From: Octopus sinensis
Lineage: Eukaryota
NCBI RefSeq assembly: GCF_006345805.1
Contig: NC_043005.1
Location: 94,736,001-94,800,000 of the forward strand
DNA: 64,000 nt
Direction: 5' to 3'
Shown here piece by piece: positions 52,175 to 64,000 of the stretch. Below the pieces are notes generated by a model, which saw nothing but the letters and a program-made list of their open reading frames with translations, was not told the DNA's origin and ran no database searches. How positions within the stretch are numbered: position 1 is the stretch's first letter; each line of letters starts with the position of its first letter. Made by a program: the position numbers and the translations under genes.

Positions 52175-54908
52175 GTGAAGCAAAAAGTTATTAGGCTGCC
52201 CTTGTCAGGTCAGGTCCGATGTATGCAGCATCGGATCCTACTACTGGTAAACTGTAAACCAGTACAACCTTGTACGCCTAGAATTATGGTACTTGAGATA
52301 GATGGAAATCCGAAAACAACATTGGTATGTGTGAATAGCCCACATAATTCGTCTGTGGTAGACGAGATTGAGAATTTTTATACAACCCTTCGTTCAACCA
52401 TTGAGCAAGTACCTCTCCATAATTTTCTAGTTATAGATGGTGATCTGAACGCTAGACTAGGACCCGATGAGACCAAGTTTACTTTCAACGCTAGAACTAA
52501 TCGGAACGGGGAAATGCTCAAAGACTTCTTAGAGGAATTTAATCTTTACACCTCCAACAATTATTTTATGAAACCAAAAGGACAACTTTGGACATTCGAG
52601 TCCCCACTTGGTGATAGGGCACAAATTGACTACCTAATTTTTCGAAAGAAGTGGCGCAATAGTGTTAAAGACTCGAGATCCTACTCTTCCTTTCGTTCTG
52701 TCGGCTCTGACCACAGAATTGTATCAGCTACCGTTAAGCTTAGTCTTCGCTCATCCAAAAAAGCTAAGCATCACCCGATGAAAACGATCGACTGGGAGGA
52801 AGTCTCGTCTAACCCCGATATCTCCAAGCAATTTACTATTGAGGTCCTATAACACATTTCAATCTTTGTCAACTTCTGAAATAGATGCTGAGAACATTGA
52901 AGAAGTCTACAGCAGCCTCATCAAATCAACAGAGGAAGTTGCACTGGCTACTCTTCCCAAAAAGAAGAGTAGGGGCCAGAGCAAACCTTCTATTTCCCCA
53001 AATGTCATCGAAGCCAGAAACCATCTAAAGTCTACATCACTAGCTTACCACCGTTCTCCATCAAAGTCACTGAAGATCCAACTCATAACTGCCAAGAAGA
53101 ATCTTGATGATGCTTACTTGAACGCCGAGGTCGACTTTATCAACGGCAAAATTAGCAAACTATCCAAAGAGCACATTAGTAAAAAACACCATCTCGCCTG
53201 GAAATCCATCAAAGACCTACCAGGCAAAAATTCTGGGTCATCAATTAGAATTAAAAGGGGGTCAGCTAAGAAGCGTTTAGAAAATTGGTCAACTCATTTT
53301 AAAAACCTTCTTGGGAAGAATGCCAAAATCTCTGATAATCCCACTCTTCCAAGTGTGCCTATATCAGATACGCTGGACATCAACACCTCCTCTTTTACCA
53401 TATTTGAACTAACAGCAGCCACTAAACAACTGAAAGCCTCGAAAGCATTTTGGTCCCGACAACATCCCAGCTATAATTTGGAAGGATGATAGATTTCACG
53501 CACTTTTGCTCAATCTTTGCAACCACACGCTTTCCACTTTTGTAGCTCCAAAGATTTGGCACCAATCTCAAATCATCCCAATACCCCAAAAAGGCGATTT
53601 ATCCCTCGTCACCAACTACAGGGGTATATCTCTAATGTCAATTGCAGCAAAATTGTACAACAAACTGATTCTAAAGCGTCTCGTCCTTTTCGTTGAACCT
53701 TTGCTCCGAAAGAACCAAAATGGATTCAGACATGGGCGCTCAACGTTGAGCCAAATACCATGCCTACGCAGACTTATTGAAGAATCAAAAGCATTTAATC
53801 GCGATCTTGCAATGGTGTTTCTAGACTTTTCTAAGGCGTTCAACTCTTTAGATAGGTACACGATGTTTGAAATCCTTAAGCTCTATGGGATACCAGACAA
53901 AATCATTTCTGCCATCAAGGTCCTCTACACAGATACGTCTTCAACCATCTTAACCCCTGACGGTGAAACATCATTTTTCCCAATCAAAGCCGGAATACTG
54001 CAGGGAGACACACTCGCCCCATTTCTCTTCATCATTGTCGTCGACTATGTGCTACGTATATCAGTTGATACCATTTCTGGCAAGGGCTTTGAAATAAAAC
54101 CTAGAAGTTCCAGACACCCAGCTGAATACTTGACAGACACTGACTTTGCTGACGACATCGCTCTTATCAGTGATTCTCTCTCCAATGCCCAGTCTCTTTT
54201 ACAATCTCTCGAACAAGCCTTAAATTGTGTAGGTCTTTACTTCAATGAGGCCAAGACTGAATATGTAAACAAGTGCCTGTCCAACAGTGATTGCATAATC
54301 CATACTCTCAACAATACGCCCTTAAATATGGTTTCTGATTACAAATATCTTGGGTCATACATATCATCATCTGGAAAAGATTTTCTAACTAGAAAGGGTA
54401 TGGCCTGGTCAGCCTATAATGATATGCATAAGATCTGGTCATCAAATCTAAGTAGAGACTTCAAACTTGAAATCTTCAAAGCCACAGTCGAACCAATTCT
54501 ACTACATGGCTCAGAAACCTGGACGTTATCAAAGAAGCTTGAGAGACGGTTGGATGGAATTTACACTCGCCTCCTTATGAGAGCTCAAAATCTCTCGTGG
54601 AAGCGTCATCCAACCAAAATGCAAATATATGGGAAACTACCACCTGTGTCATCTCTTGTGAAAGGTAGGAGAGTCCAATTTGCTGGACATTGTTGTAGAG
54701 CTGAAAACGAGGAAATTTCTACTCTTCTCCTCTGGAATCCATCTACTCGCAATACCAGAGGGCGCACATTCTCCTACCCTGATGTAATCTCTAGGGATAC
54801 AGGCATCCAGCAACAGGACCTCCGTAATGCTATGATGGACCGTGAAGTCTGGCGTAGCATGGTAAATTCCATTGTCTCGACCACGGTCGAACAATGATGA
54901 TGATGATG
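52175..54908 (+). mobile_element. RTE-like LINE, ORF2 largely retained (partial APE plus RT), two frame breaks
   Basis: GDLNARLG, QIDYLIF, SDHRIV; KGDLSLVTNYRGISL, QNGFR, QGDTLAPFLF, DFADDIAL, YKYLGS; (TGA)n tail at 54894-54908. Confidence 0.92.
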
Positions 54909-56616
54909 TAAATAATACGTGTTAAGGAGGAATGAAGTGCTGTACACCTGCATTGACAGTGTATCAGGCACGCCATTTCTTCAATGTTTAATCCAGAGCT
55001 CACTCAACGCAATGCTAGCAACGGATTATACATTTTCGTTTTATCGGTCAAATGGCCAACAATTCCAAATTCTTCACTGAAATCCTTAAACGTTACAGTA
55101 CATCGTAATTATGCTAGCCTTAAATACTATCTCAACCATCTGAGCAACTGTAAGCTTTAGATATTTCATAAATCCTATTACCGAGGCTGATTCATTATTA
55201 TATCAGTTGTCATCATGCTATGACCCCTTAAATATTACATCAATCACTATTATTAGCACCATTACATCCCCTAGCTTAGTTCTTTATTATGGCTGATCAG
55301 CTATGCATTTTTACATCTAATCATTCTATTACGATCATCAATTTACCGATTTGATCATAGCACGCTATATTATGATATGAGATGGAACATGAATTATTCA
55401 ACATGGCGGCATTGATTTCTTCAAGTAGTCTCTTGAGTGAGTTAGTTCAAGTCTTAACACTGGTCACGGTTGTCATAATTGTTGTTGTTCTTGGTGATGG
55501 TGTTAGTGAAGGTGAGGAGAATGGCGATGGTGGCCGTCGTTGTCATTGAGGCGATGGGAAAACTGTTGCTGGAGTTGTTGTTGCTGGTAAGGGAGCTGCT
55601 GGTGGTGGCGGTGGTGCTGGTGGGTCGTTCATTGCGGCTGTAGTCCAACAGTAATCATTAATGCTGTTGTTGTTGTTGTTAGTCTTGTTAGCGGTAAAGG
55701 ACTGCAGGTAAGTAACTGTTATGGAAGACATAGTGGTTGTTGCTTTTGTCGTTGCTTGACTGATGATCAAAGCGTTCCGACCACGGCGGTGAAGAAGACC
55801 CTCTTTAGCTGAAGTTATTAATAAATTCGCTAATAGCAGAAACTGCTGTTGCTGTTGCTTTCATTGAGCAGCTCTATGATAAGAACGGTTTATCCGCGAT
55901 AATCCAACCCTTTTTTCTTTTACAAACATTGTGTAATTAGGATTACATCTCATTCGTTTAATGTGATTTATGAACTGAAAGAAGTTTGTAACAGATCAAT
56001 TGATCGTATTAATCCAGTGGTTTTGGACCGAGTAGTTGCGACACCTGAGGGCAGTGGTTCTCAAGCTTCAATAGCTTAGTGCCCCCTTTCACAGAACGGC
56101 GTTTTATAAACAATCCTTCCATATATTTTGTCAAACCAACACAAATAATAAAAATGATTATTTTAATCAAACAGACGAAGCTGATTCTGCGCAGTGATTT
56201 ATTATCCACATGTTCACATATTACGCTTTCCAGTATGTGTCTCTCTTTACATATTTGCACGAGTTAGTGCTTCTTATATTAAATTTTTATGAAAATTACT
56301 AAAGAAGGCGAAGAACTATATAATCGGGACCTTTGTGCTGTGTCTAGCAGATCGGACAGTCGACCATGTAGAAGCTTCCTCATTCGTTTATTTATCGTAG
56401 CAATCGTATGAGATGATCACTGTTAAAGCACTGGTGGTTCAAATCGTTTTCGACCAAAATAATTGATGAAGCAGGTTTATGATGAATGACATTCCACCCG
56501 TCACAATGCCATCGCTTTGTGTAATTCAATATTCACTTCATTATTCAATATGCCAACCCTTTTGTAATAAGACATTGCATTGTAATCTGAGATATATGAC
56601 GGACTACTATTTCTGG

Positions 56617-56901
56617 ATCTTTACCATTTGACCGACAGATTTAAAAAAAAAATTTGTAACGAAGCACTTTCAAACTTCGTATACTCGTAGAATGTGTCAC
56701 ATAAAACATCTTTGACTCTTGGAGTTGTTGAGAAAATTCTGTATTTTGAAAGTTATTTCTTGTTAAAGTAGTCCCATTTCGGTAATTTCAACCAATGAAT
56801 GACGTGTATTCAGCTGAATAAAATTACTGCCGTTGTTTGTCAACAAGAACTATCGGCGGTGTATATTTCGTTTTTAAATCTGTCGGTCAAAAGGTAAAGA
56901 T
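56617..56901. mobile_element. MITE, 31-bp TIRs
   Basis: 56617-56647 vs 56871-56901 reverse complements, 1 mismatch; non-coding interior. Confidence 0.75.
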
Positions 56902-57788
56902 TCCTATTTCTTGTAGGTTGAGATACTATGCAGTGTCTCCCCAGTTTGTTTGCTGAGTGCCAGTAAGTCCCAGTAATGTGCACAAGGCTGGAGGAAATGA
57001 ACGAAGCGAACCTGGTAATAATGAAGGGAAGAGGTGATATGTTGCTTTCGTTCTTGTCGAGAATCATCGTGTAGTAGTCACTAATATTTCAAATATTTCT
57101 AAAACTTGTCAGACGGAAGCAAAATAATTTCCATCTAACAATGGCGCCCCAAAATTCACAGATACGGTTGATGTTTATAAACGTCACAGAATCACAAAGC
57201 TAAAAGGTCATGTGACCACCATTAACGCAGATTAAACATCAAAGGAGTCTCGGATAGAACTTAATGGCAACAAAACGCGGTAGTAGCAAAAATCAACATC
57301 TGTGGAAAGTATTTAGTATGCATGCATATATGCATATATGCATGCGTCTATACTTGCATACATCGTATAAATACATGAAATGTATGCTTCCTATCATACT
57401 CACGGTAAGTTATGCACATAATCAAGTGTAATAATGCATGTGTATATTTTAAAAGTGCGTGTGCTTTTCTGAGTTTTTGTTATTACATATGTATGTGTGT
57501 GTGTCTGTTGTGTGCGACCACAACTATACGTATGGATATAAATAAATACATACATACACATACGTGCACACAGATGAAAGCATTGAAGTTTATATAGCTT
57601 CATCAAAGCATATACGTAATGTATGGCTAAAATAATTAAAGAACTATAAACACAGGATTTCACACATGCGCACTCTCAAGCACACTTTATAATGAAAATA
57701 TCAATCTGATCCTACGACGTATATATATGTATGTATATATATATGCACACACACACACACACATATATATATATACATATATAAATAC

Positions 57789-57851
<63 letters not shown>

Positions 57852-57859
57852 CACACACG

Positions 57860-57930
<71 letters not shown>

Positions 57931-58089
57931 TAAATACACACGCGCGCGCGCACACACACACACACATATATATACATATATACATATCTTCTTTCCTGGG
58001 CGTCCAAGGACACTGTACTTGTTCCACGTCCTCGCGTTGTGTTTTCTCTTTGTTCATATTTGGATTAGCTATACATATATACATACATG

Positions 58090-58161
<72 letters not shown>

Positions 58162-58204
58162 CATATATATATACATATATATATGTATATATGTATATAT
58201 GTAT

Positions 58205-58237
<33 letters not shown>

Positions 58238-58257
58238 TAAAACATATACATATACAC

Positions 58258-58292
<35 letters not shown>

Positions 58293-58383
58293 TATATATA
58301 TATATATTATATATATATATATCATCATCATATATATAGTCTTAATAAAATAGATGGAATGTGTAATAGACTTCATTTATATA

Positions 58384-59645
58384 CGAGGGGCGTTCAATAA
58401 GTAATGCCCCTGACCCACTTCCTATAGCACTAGAGCAACGAAACCTGGCACAGTTATTAGTCTTTGTCTACATAGGAAACACCCAGAGTTACGCATTTCT
58501 CCCATCGTTTGATGCAGCTCTGGAGACTGATTTTGTATAAGGCCCCAGCTTGGTCCTCCAACCACGACGTGACTTCAGAAATCAAGGCTGCATCATCTGG
58601 GAAATGCTTTCCTTTCAAAAACAACTTCATGGCTGGGAAGAGGTGAAAATCAGAGGGTGCAAGGTCAGGAGAGTAGGGGGTGCAGTTCATAGCCGCACGC
58701 CCGTGCTTCTGATCTGGTGACAAGCAGGTTGTGGACCAGAGCGTTGTCCTGCAGGAGGAGGATGCCTTTGCTGATCTTGCCCCACCTCTTGATTTTGATA
58801 GCTTCTCTTAATTTCCTCAAAAGTGAAGCATAATAGGCTCCTGTAATTGTGGTACCCTTTGCCAGGAAATCTGTCATCACTACTCCGTCCTGGTCCCAGA
58901 AGACTGTGAGCATGACCTTGCCAGCGGAGGGCTGCACCCTTGCCTTCTTTGGAGGAGGTGAGTCACGGTGCTTCCACTGCATTGACTGGGCTTTGGTCTC
59001 TGGATCATAGTGATGGACCCAGGTTTCATCCTGTGTAATCAGTCTTTTGAAAAATTTTGACTCATCTTCTTGGCACATCTCCAAATTCATCCTCGTGCAC
59101 TCGACGCGTTCTTGCTTCTGGAAAGGTGTGAGCAACCTGGGAATCCATCTTGCAGACACCTTTTGCATATCCAAATCTTGCATATCCAAATCTTGACCTC
59201 ATGGGCTATTTGGTGAATAGTTATGCGTCGATCTTCCAAAGTGGCAGCCTCAACTTGACGGACAGATGCCTCATCAATGGCAGAAGGGGGGCGACCAGAT
59301 CTGGGAGCTGTTTCCACAGAGTTCCGACCATGTTTAAATTCACGATGCCAGCGTTTTACAAGGTCATATGATGGGGCATCATCACCATAAGTTACTTTCA
59401 TTTCATCAAAAGTCTTCCGTGGTGTGCGTCCTTTCAAATACAAAAACCGGATCACTGCTCGACAATCAACAGGCTCCATTTCATACTTGACTCAGTTCAA
59501 ACACCTGTAAATCAGAAACCGCAATTAGTCCAGAGCTGTAATTTGCCAAGTAATCTATAGAGATATCAATGATTGCACATGCAAAATTCAGCTAGATCAA
59601 ATAACTGCAAGTGGGTCAGGAGCATTACTCATTGAACGTCCCTCG
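58384..59645 (-). mobile_element. Full-length defective mariner (1262 bp)
   Basis: 37-bp TIRs (3 mismatches), TA on both sides; QDETWVHHYDP, QDNA, YSPDLAPSDFHLF split over three frames. Confidence 0.95.
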
Positions 59646-59666
59646 TATATACATAAATATATATAT

Positions 59667-59699
<33 letters not shown>

Positions 59700-60422
59700 G
59701 CACATTGGGAGGGAAGGAGGGAAAGAGTAAGTTAGATACATATATGTAAATATGACGTATAAACACACAAACACGTGCATTGTTCTATGTATGCATTCAC
59801 TCATTTGAATAATTTCTTAATTAGACCGTGAGTTTTAAGCAATACTGTCGCGCGCGCGCACACACACGCAAACAGATATACGCATAGCTATATGAATACA
59901 TACATGAATACATACGTACATACATACAGGTAAATATACATATCTACACACGTGCGCGCGCTTTTGTGTATGTGTATGTGTGTGTAATTTGTAATTTGTT
60001 CTTTATATATATATTTATATATATATATATATATATACATACATATATATACGTAGTAGGATCAGATTGATGTTTTCATTATAAAGTGTGCTTGAGAGTG
60101 CGCATGTGTGAAATCCTGTCATTATAGTTCTTCGATTATTTTAGCCATACATTACGTATATGCTTTGATGAAGCGATAGGTTCGCCGACGAACCTATTTT
60201 ACACAATTCTTATTTGTTTAAAAAATAAAAATATAGTTTTTAGTATCAAACTATGAGAAAGTGAGATAGGGACCTGATGATTGGGGTTATATTTTAAGAA
60301 AGGTTCCAGCAAAACACGGCGTGGTTAAGGAACCGGGAAATGTACCTCAAGAAACATGTGTAGCCAAGCTATAAAGTAGTAAGTATTTAAATTAAAATTC
60401 TTTCATATGGTGGGATGAATAT

Positions 60423-60465
<43 letters not shown>

Positions 60466-62438
60466 CCCTTCAAGGTGTTGCTTCAGCATGACCGCAGTCA
60501 TTGGGCTGAAACAAGTAAAAGAATAAAAGAATATATATATACCTGTTGTGTGAAATAGATGCGAGTATGTGTGCGCGTGCGAGTGTGTGTGTGTGTTTTA
60601 ACCTTGGGTTTCTAAAAGTGCGTGTGCTGCATGTATCTGGTCATCGAGATACTCACTGATAAAACTGTGTTCGATAACTATGTTTTGCCGACTTCATTTT
60701 AGCTGAGTATACGATTTCTATTTTTAAGCCTCTTCTCCAAGTAAACAATTGTTTCGTTGTTGTTAAATGATGGAAGACTCTTTGTTTTCGTAATGTCCTC
60801 TGCTGCCGACAAGCATCTAATTCGTGTTATTACCAACACAGCTCGGGCTAAATCTTATGAAGTTCTTGTTAAAGATTTTATAGTCGCTCAGCAATCGAGG
60901 AGTATCACTATTGTTGTTGTGTGGACGCCCCCAGACGATGAAGTAGGCTAGCCCAATACGTAGATATAGAGGGAGAAGTCTAGACGTCGAGGCAGACCAG
61001 AGTAGTAGAGGCACCACCTGTAGTGGATTTAGTAGAAATCGAACCACTAATGAAATGTTACTAAAAAGTAAATAAGAATGTCAAATCGGCAGGAAAAGAA
61101 AAAAGAAAAAGGAGAAAAAAGGTAAATGAAAGAGTAAGTGTTTTATGTTATGTTTAATAATATCGGAAAATAGAAGAACGATTTTAGAGAACGTATATAA
61201 CGGTTCAAATAATTGTAATGGTAGACGATAATTAATTGTTAGTTAAATACATGATAAAAACGGACAGTTTGAAAATATTAATGGTAATGCATGTGATGAG
61301 GGGCGCATGCAGCCATTCATAACCCCATTATTGTATCTCATCATATTCGTTCTATGTATTGTCCCCTCTGTGGTGTCCTGTCTGTCCTTGTTTGTCCCCC
61401 TCTATTTTTGGGCCCTTGTGGCTAATAAAGAAACCGAACAGAGTAGTAGAGGCATCCGAACGTGCGACATAACAATTGTACAGTTAAGAAAGTTGTGGCG
61501 ATCTGAATACCGCATCCGGGCTCTGCGAATGATTAACCAGGTCATGCTACACCTGTAAAGTTCTTTATGGTTTTGCGAGGTGTTAAAAGGTGGTATGTAT
61601 ATTATATTCCTTTGTATTGCCTCTTTTAAAGCGTAGTTGATGTAGTTTGATGAACAGTTAAAAATGTATTCATCTGTCGAAATGTTTGAAATGTGACAGC
61701 TAATGTTATTTATAAAATTGTTCAAGATAACCACAAGCTTTATAAATTTGGAAAGAACCAGAACTACCATCCCTATAATTTCAACTCATGATTTATTTTA
61801 CAGTAACAAGTGAACTTCACTGGAGTCAATGTAATTTATTGAAGCAATTTAAAGGAATACTCGCAACATAGCCGCAGTCCAACAACTGATATCAGTTTAA
61901 AAAAAAAGTATAAAATGATTAAGAATAAAATATCTTTTAAGGAGTTCAGGAAGAAATAGAAAGAGAAAAGAGAGTGTAGACAGGGAATATGTGAAAATCT
62001 TTCAAAAAAAGAAAAAAAAAAAGAGCGAAGAAAAGGGTAAGGAGGGATATTAGTGGTGAATCATTTGTTAGTTATCACAAGACTTTCCAGCGAGAATAAC
62101 GCCCATGTCAATGTATTTAGAAAATGGTTGAGTTGAAAAATCAGTTAGATCGAGGTCATTTTTTGATGAATAATCTCATTGGTGAAAGGTTATTTCTCAT
62201 GAAGAAATTGCGTAAAAAGGGAAGTTGACTGACTTCAACTGTAGGGGCAGATAAACATTTTAAAGTATTTGAACAATTTAAAACTGTTTATACAAACAAG
62301 GAAATAGTAGTTCTCAATAGCGAATAAAAATTGGGAGATTGAAAAGTATCATTTCATATGATTCAAAAAATGTAAAGGAGATATTTTTTGTTGGAATAGG
62401 AACACTGTTTCTTAGAAAACCAAGTATTTTAGCGAAAG

Positions 62439-62509
<71 letters not shown>

Positions 62510-62529
62510 GTTGAGAAAAAACGGGGAAA

Positions 62530-64000
62530 AAACAAACGTTGGGGTCAGGGTATCGAATGAGACGAAACGTATGAATAAACAAACAATTAAAATATATACA
62601 ATTAAATGAGAATGAGTGATTAACAAAAAATGAAGCGGAGGACGCGGTTGACCCCACAAACCACATACTCACACTGAAGACTTTGCTTTCTCCTTTTTTA
62701 CATTCTCGATTAAACAGGTTCTTTCACTCGCAACATACTTGCTATATGCTTCCATCTTTTACGAAACACACTTTGTGACAGGCATTTCTTCTCCGGCCTT
62801 ATTTTCCGTTTCATGTGGAAAACGAAAAAGTCGATTAGCTCGAGACTGGAGATAAACATGCCTGTTGCAATTCCTTTCACTCTCGTCTTCCATACTACTT
62901 CTTTCGCCACAGCAACTACCGAGAGAAAACAGGCTCGCTCCTCCCTATTCGGCGGAACGATCTTAATTACAGATTCGCTCGACAGTTGTACTCTTCTCGA
63001 ATGCGACAGCAGGTGTTCGACATAAGCCCAGAGTTCAGTCACCTTGGGGCATTGCACAATCGCGTGCAGGACAGTTTCACTGTTCCTCTCACATCTTGCA
63101 CAAACCGGCGAAGGTGCACACCCATGTCTAAAGAGCTTATCTCGAACCGCTAAAGCTCCTCTGTAACATTGCCAGGCCAGAGACTTTTGGTAATTATCCA
63201 TAGGCCCCGGACCGAATGTTCTTTGGAACAGGCTGGCCAGTTGATTTTCGTCGAAGCCCAGGGTTTCTCCCAGGACGTCGTTACAGTTAAACTCTACTAA
63301 CCATCTATAGAAGAACGAGGTAGTACCCCCACCACCGGCGTTGCCCGACTGAGAGAGAAGCACGAGTGCCTGATGGCACTCTACATGCCACACGTCCAAT
63401 CGGTCTACACTTGATCCATGGGTTCAGTTTGGTAAACGATGTGAACTGCGGAAATAACAGCTTGACGAACGGAGACCACACCTGCTCACCGTCCAGTAAA
63501 GCCAGAGGTGCCTAAGCCTGAGCGCATGTCTGCGCATTTTTAGCCACGGCATCCCTAACCCACCCTTCAGCAGCTTTTGGCAGCAAATAGAGCGCCTTAC
63601 AAGAGGTCTGCTGCTCCTCCACAAAAAGCGAAAGAGCATGCGTTCCAGCTTGTTCAGGCACGACGGTCAGGCGGTAAGCGATTACAAAGACGATAAACAC
63701 CTCAGCAACCTCCCTTTCAAGGACAGCTTCTGCTCAGACCAGGTCTGAGTTAGGAGAGACACCTTTCTCGCTACCTCGCTCCAATTCTTCTCTATCTGGA
63801 GATCTGGACCTAACCAGATTCCAAGCATTTTCACCGGCCCTTCCGTCCAACGTCCTACGACGCTGTCGGAAGACATCGACTTGCCTCTCCAGGTGCCGAG
63901 TTGCAAGCCGACCGATTTATCCCGGTTGACTTCCGCTCCTGCCACCGCTTCGTAGTCCATTAAGGCCTCACCCACCCACTGTAGGTGCTCGACTCGGGAT
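62530..64000 (-). mobile_element. L1/Tx1-like LINE, 3' part of ORF2 plus 3' UTR, runs off window
   Basis: YEAVAGAEVNRDKS, KMLGIW, AWQCYRGAL, CARC..ETVLHAIVQC zinc-binding region. Confidence 0.85.

Noticed and set aside
55450-55800. Pro/Gln/His-rich reading frames and a CAG|GTAAGT donor at 55707
   Set aside because: Degenerate trinucleotide sequence with stops in the plausible frames; no acceptor or homology recognised

Overview
AT-rich, microsatellite-saturated eukaryotic genomic DNA. The SINE types and repeat density suggest an octopod cephalopod (inference, not verified). I can support no host protein-coding exon, rRNA, tRNA gene or CRISPR array; most six-frame ORFs are simple-repeat artefacts. 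The window is a stack of mobile elements: tRNA-derived SINEs of several families; non-LTR retrotransposons (CR1-like, three RTE-like, L1/Tx1-like, a decayed R4-like remnant); at least four Penelope-like elements (PLEs, RT plus GIY-YIG), one near full length with pseudo-LTRs; two mariners; Helitrons; and MITEs. The main unexplained signal is a set of hammerhead-ribozyme (HHR) motifs read by eye at PLE ends and in palindromic PLE-derived elements. They include a fully canonical minimal HHR (47155-47192) and core variants in which the 3-8 pair is U3-A8 (46276-46315) or G3-C8 (34141-34190). Several motifs sit in inverted repeats that carry their own antisense copy. No ribozyme activity has been tested; element clades are assigned from protein motifs only.
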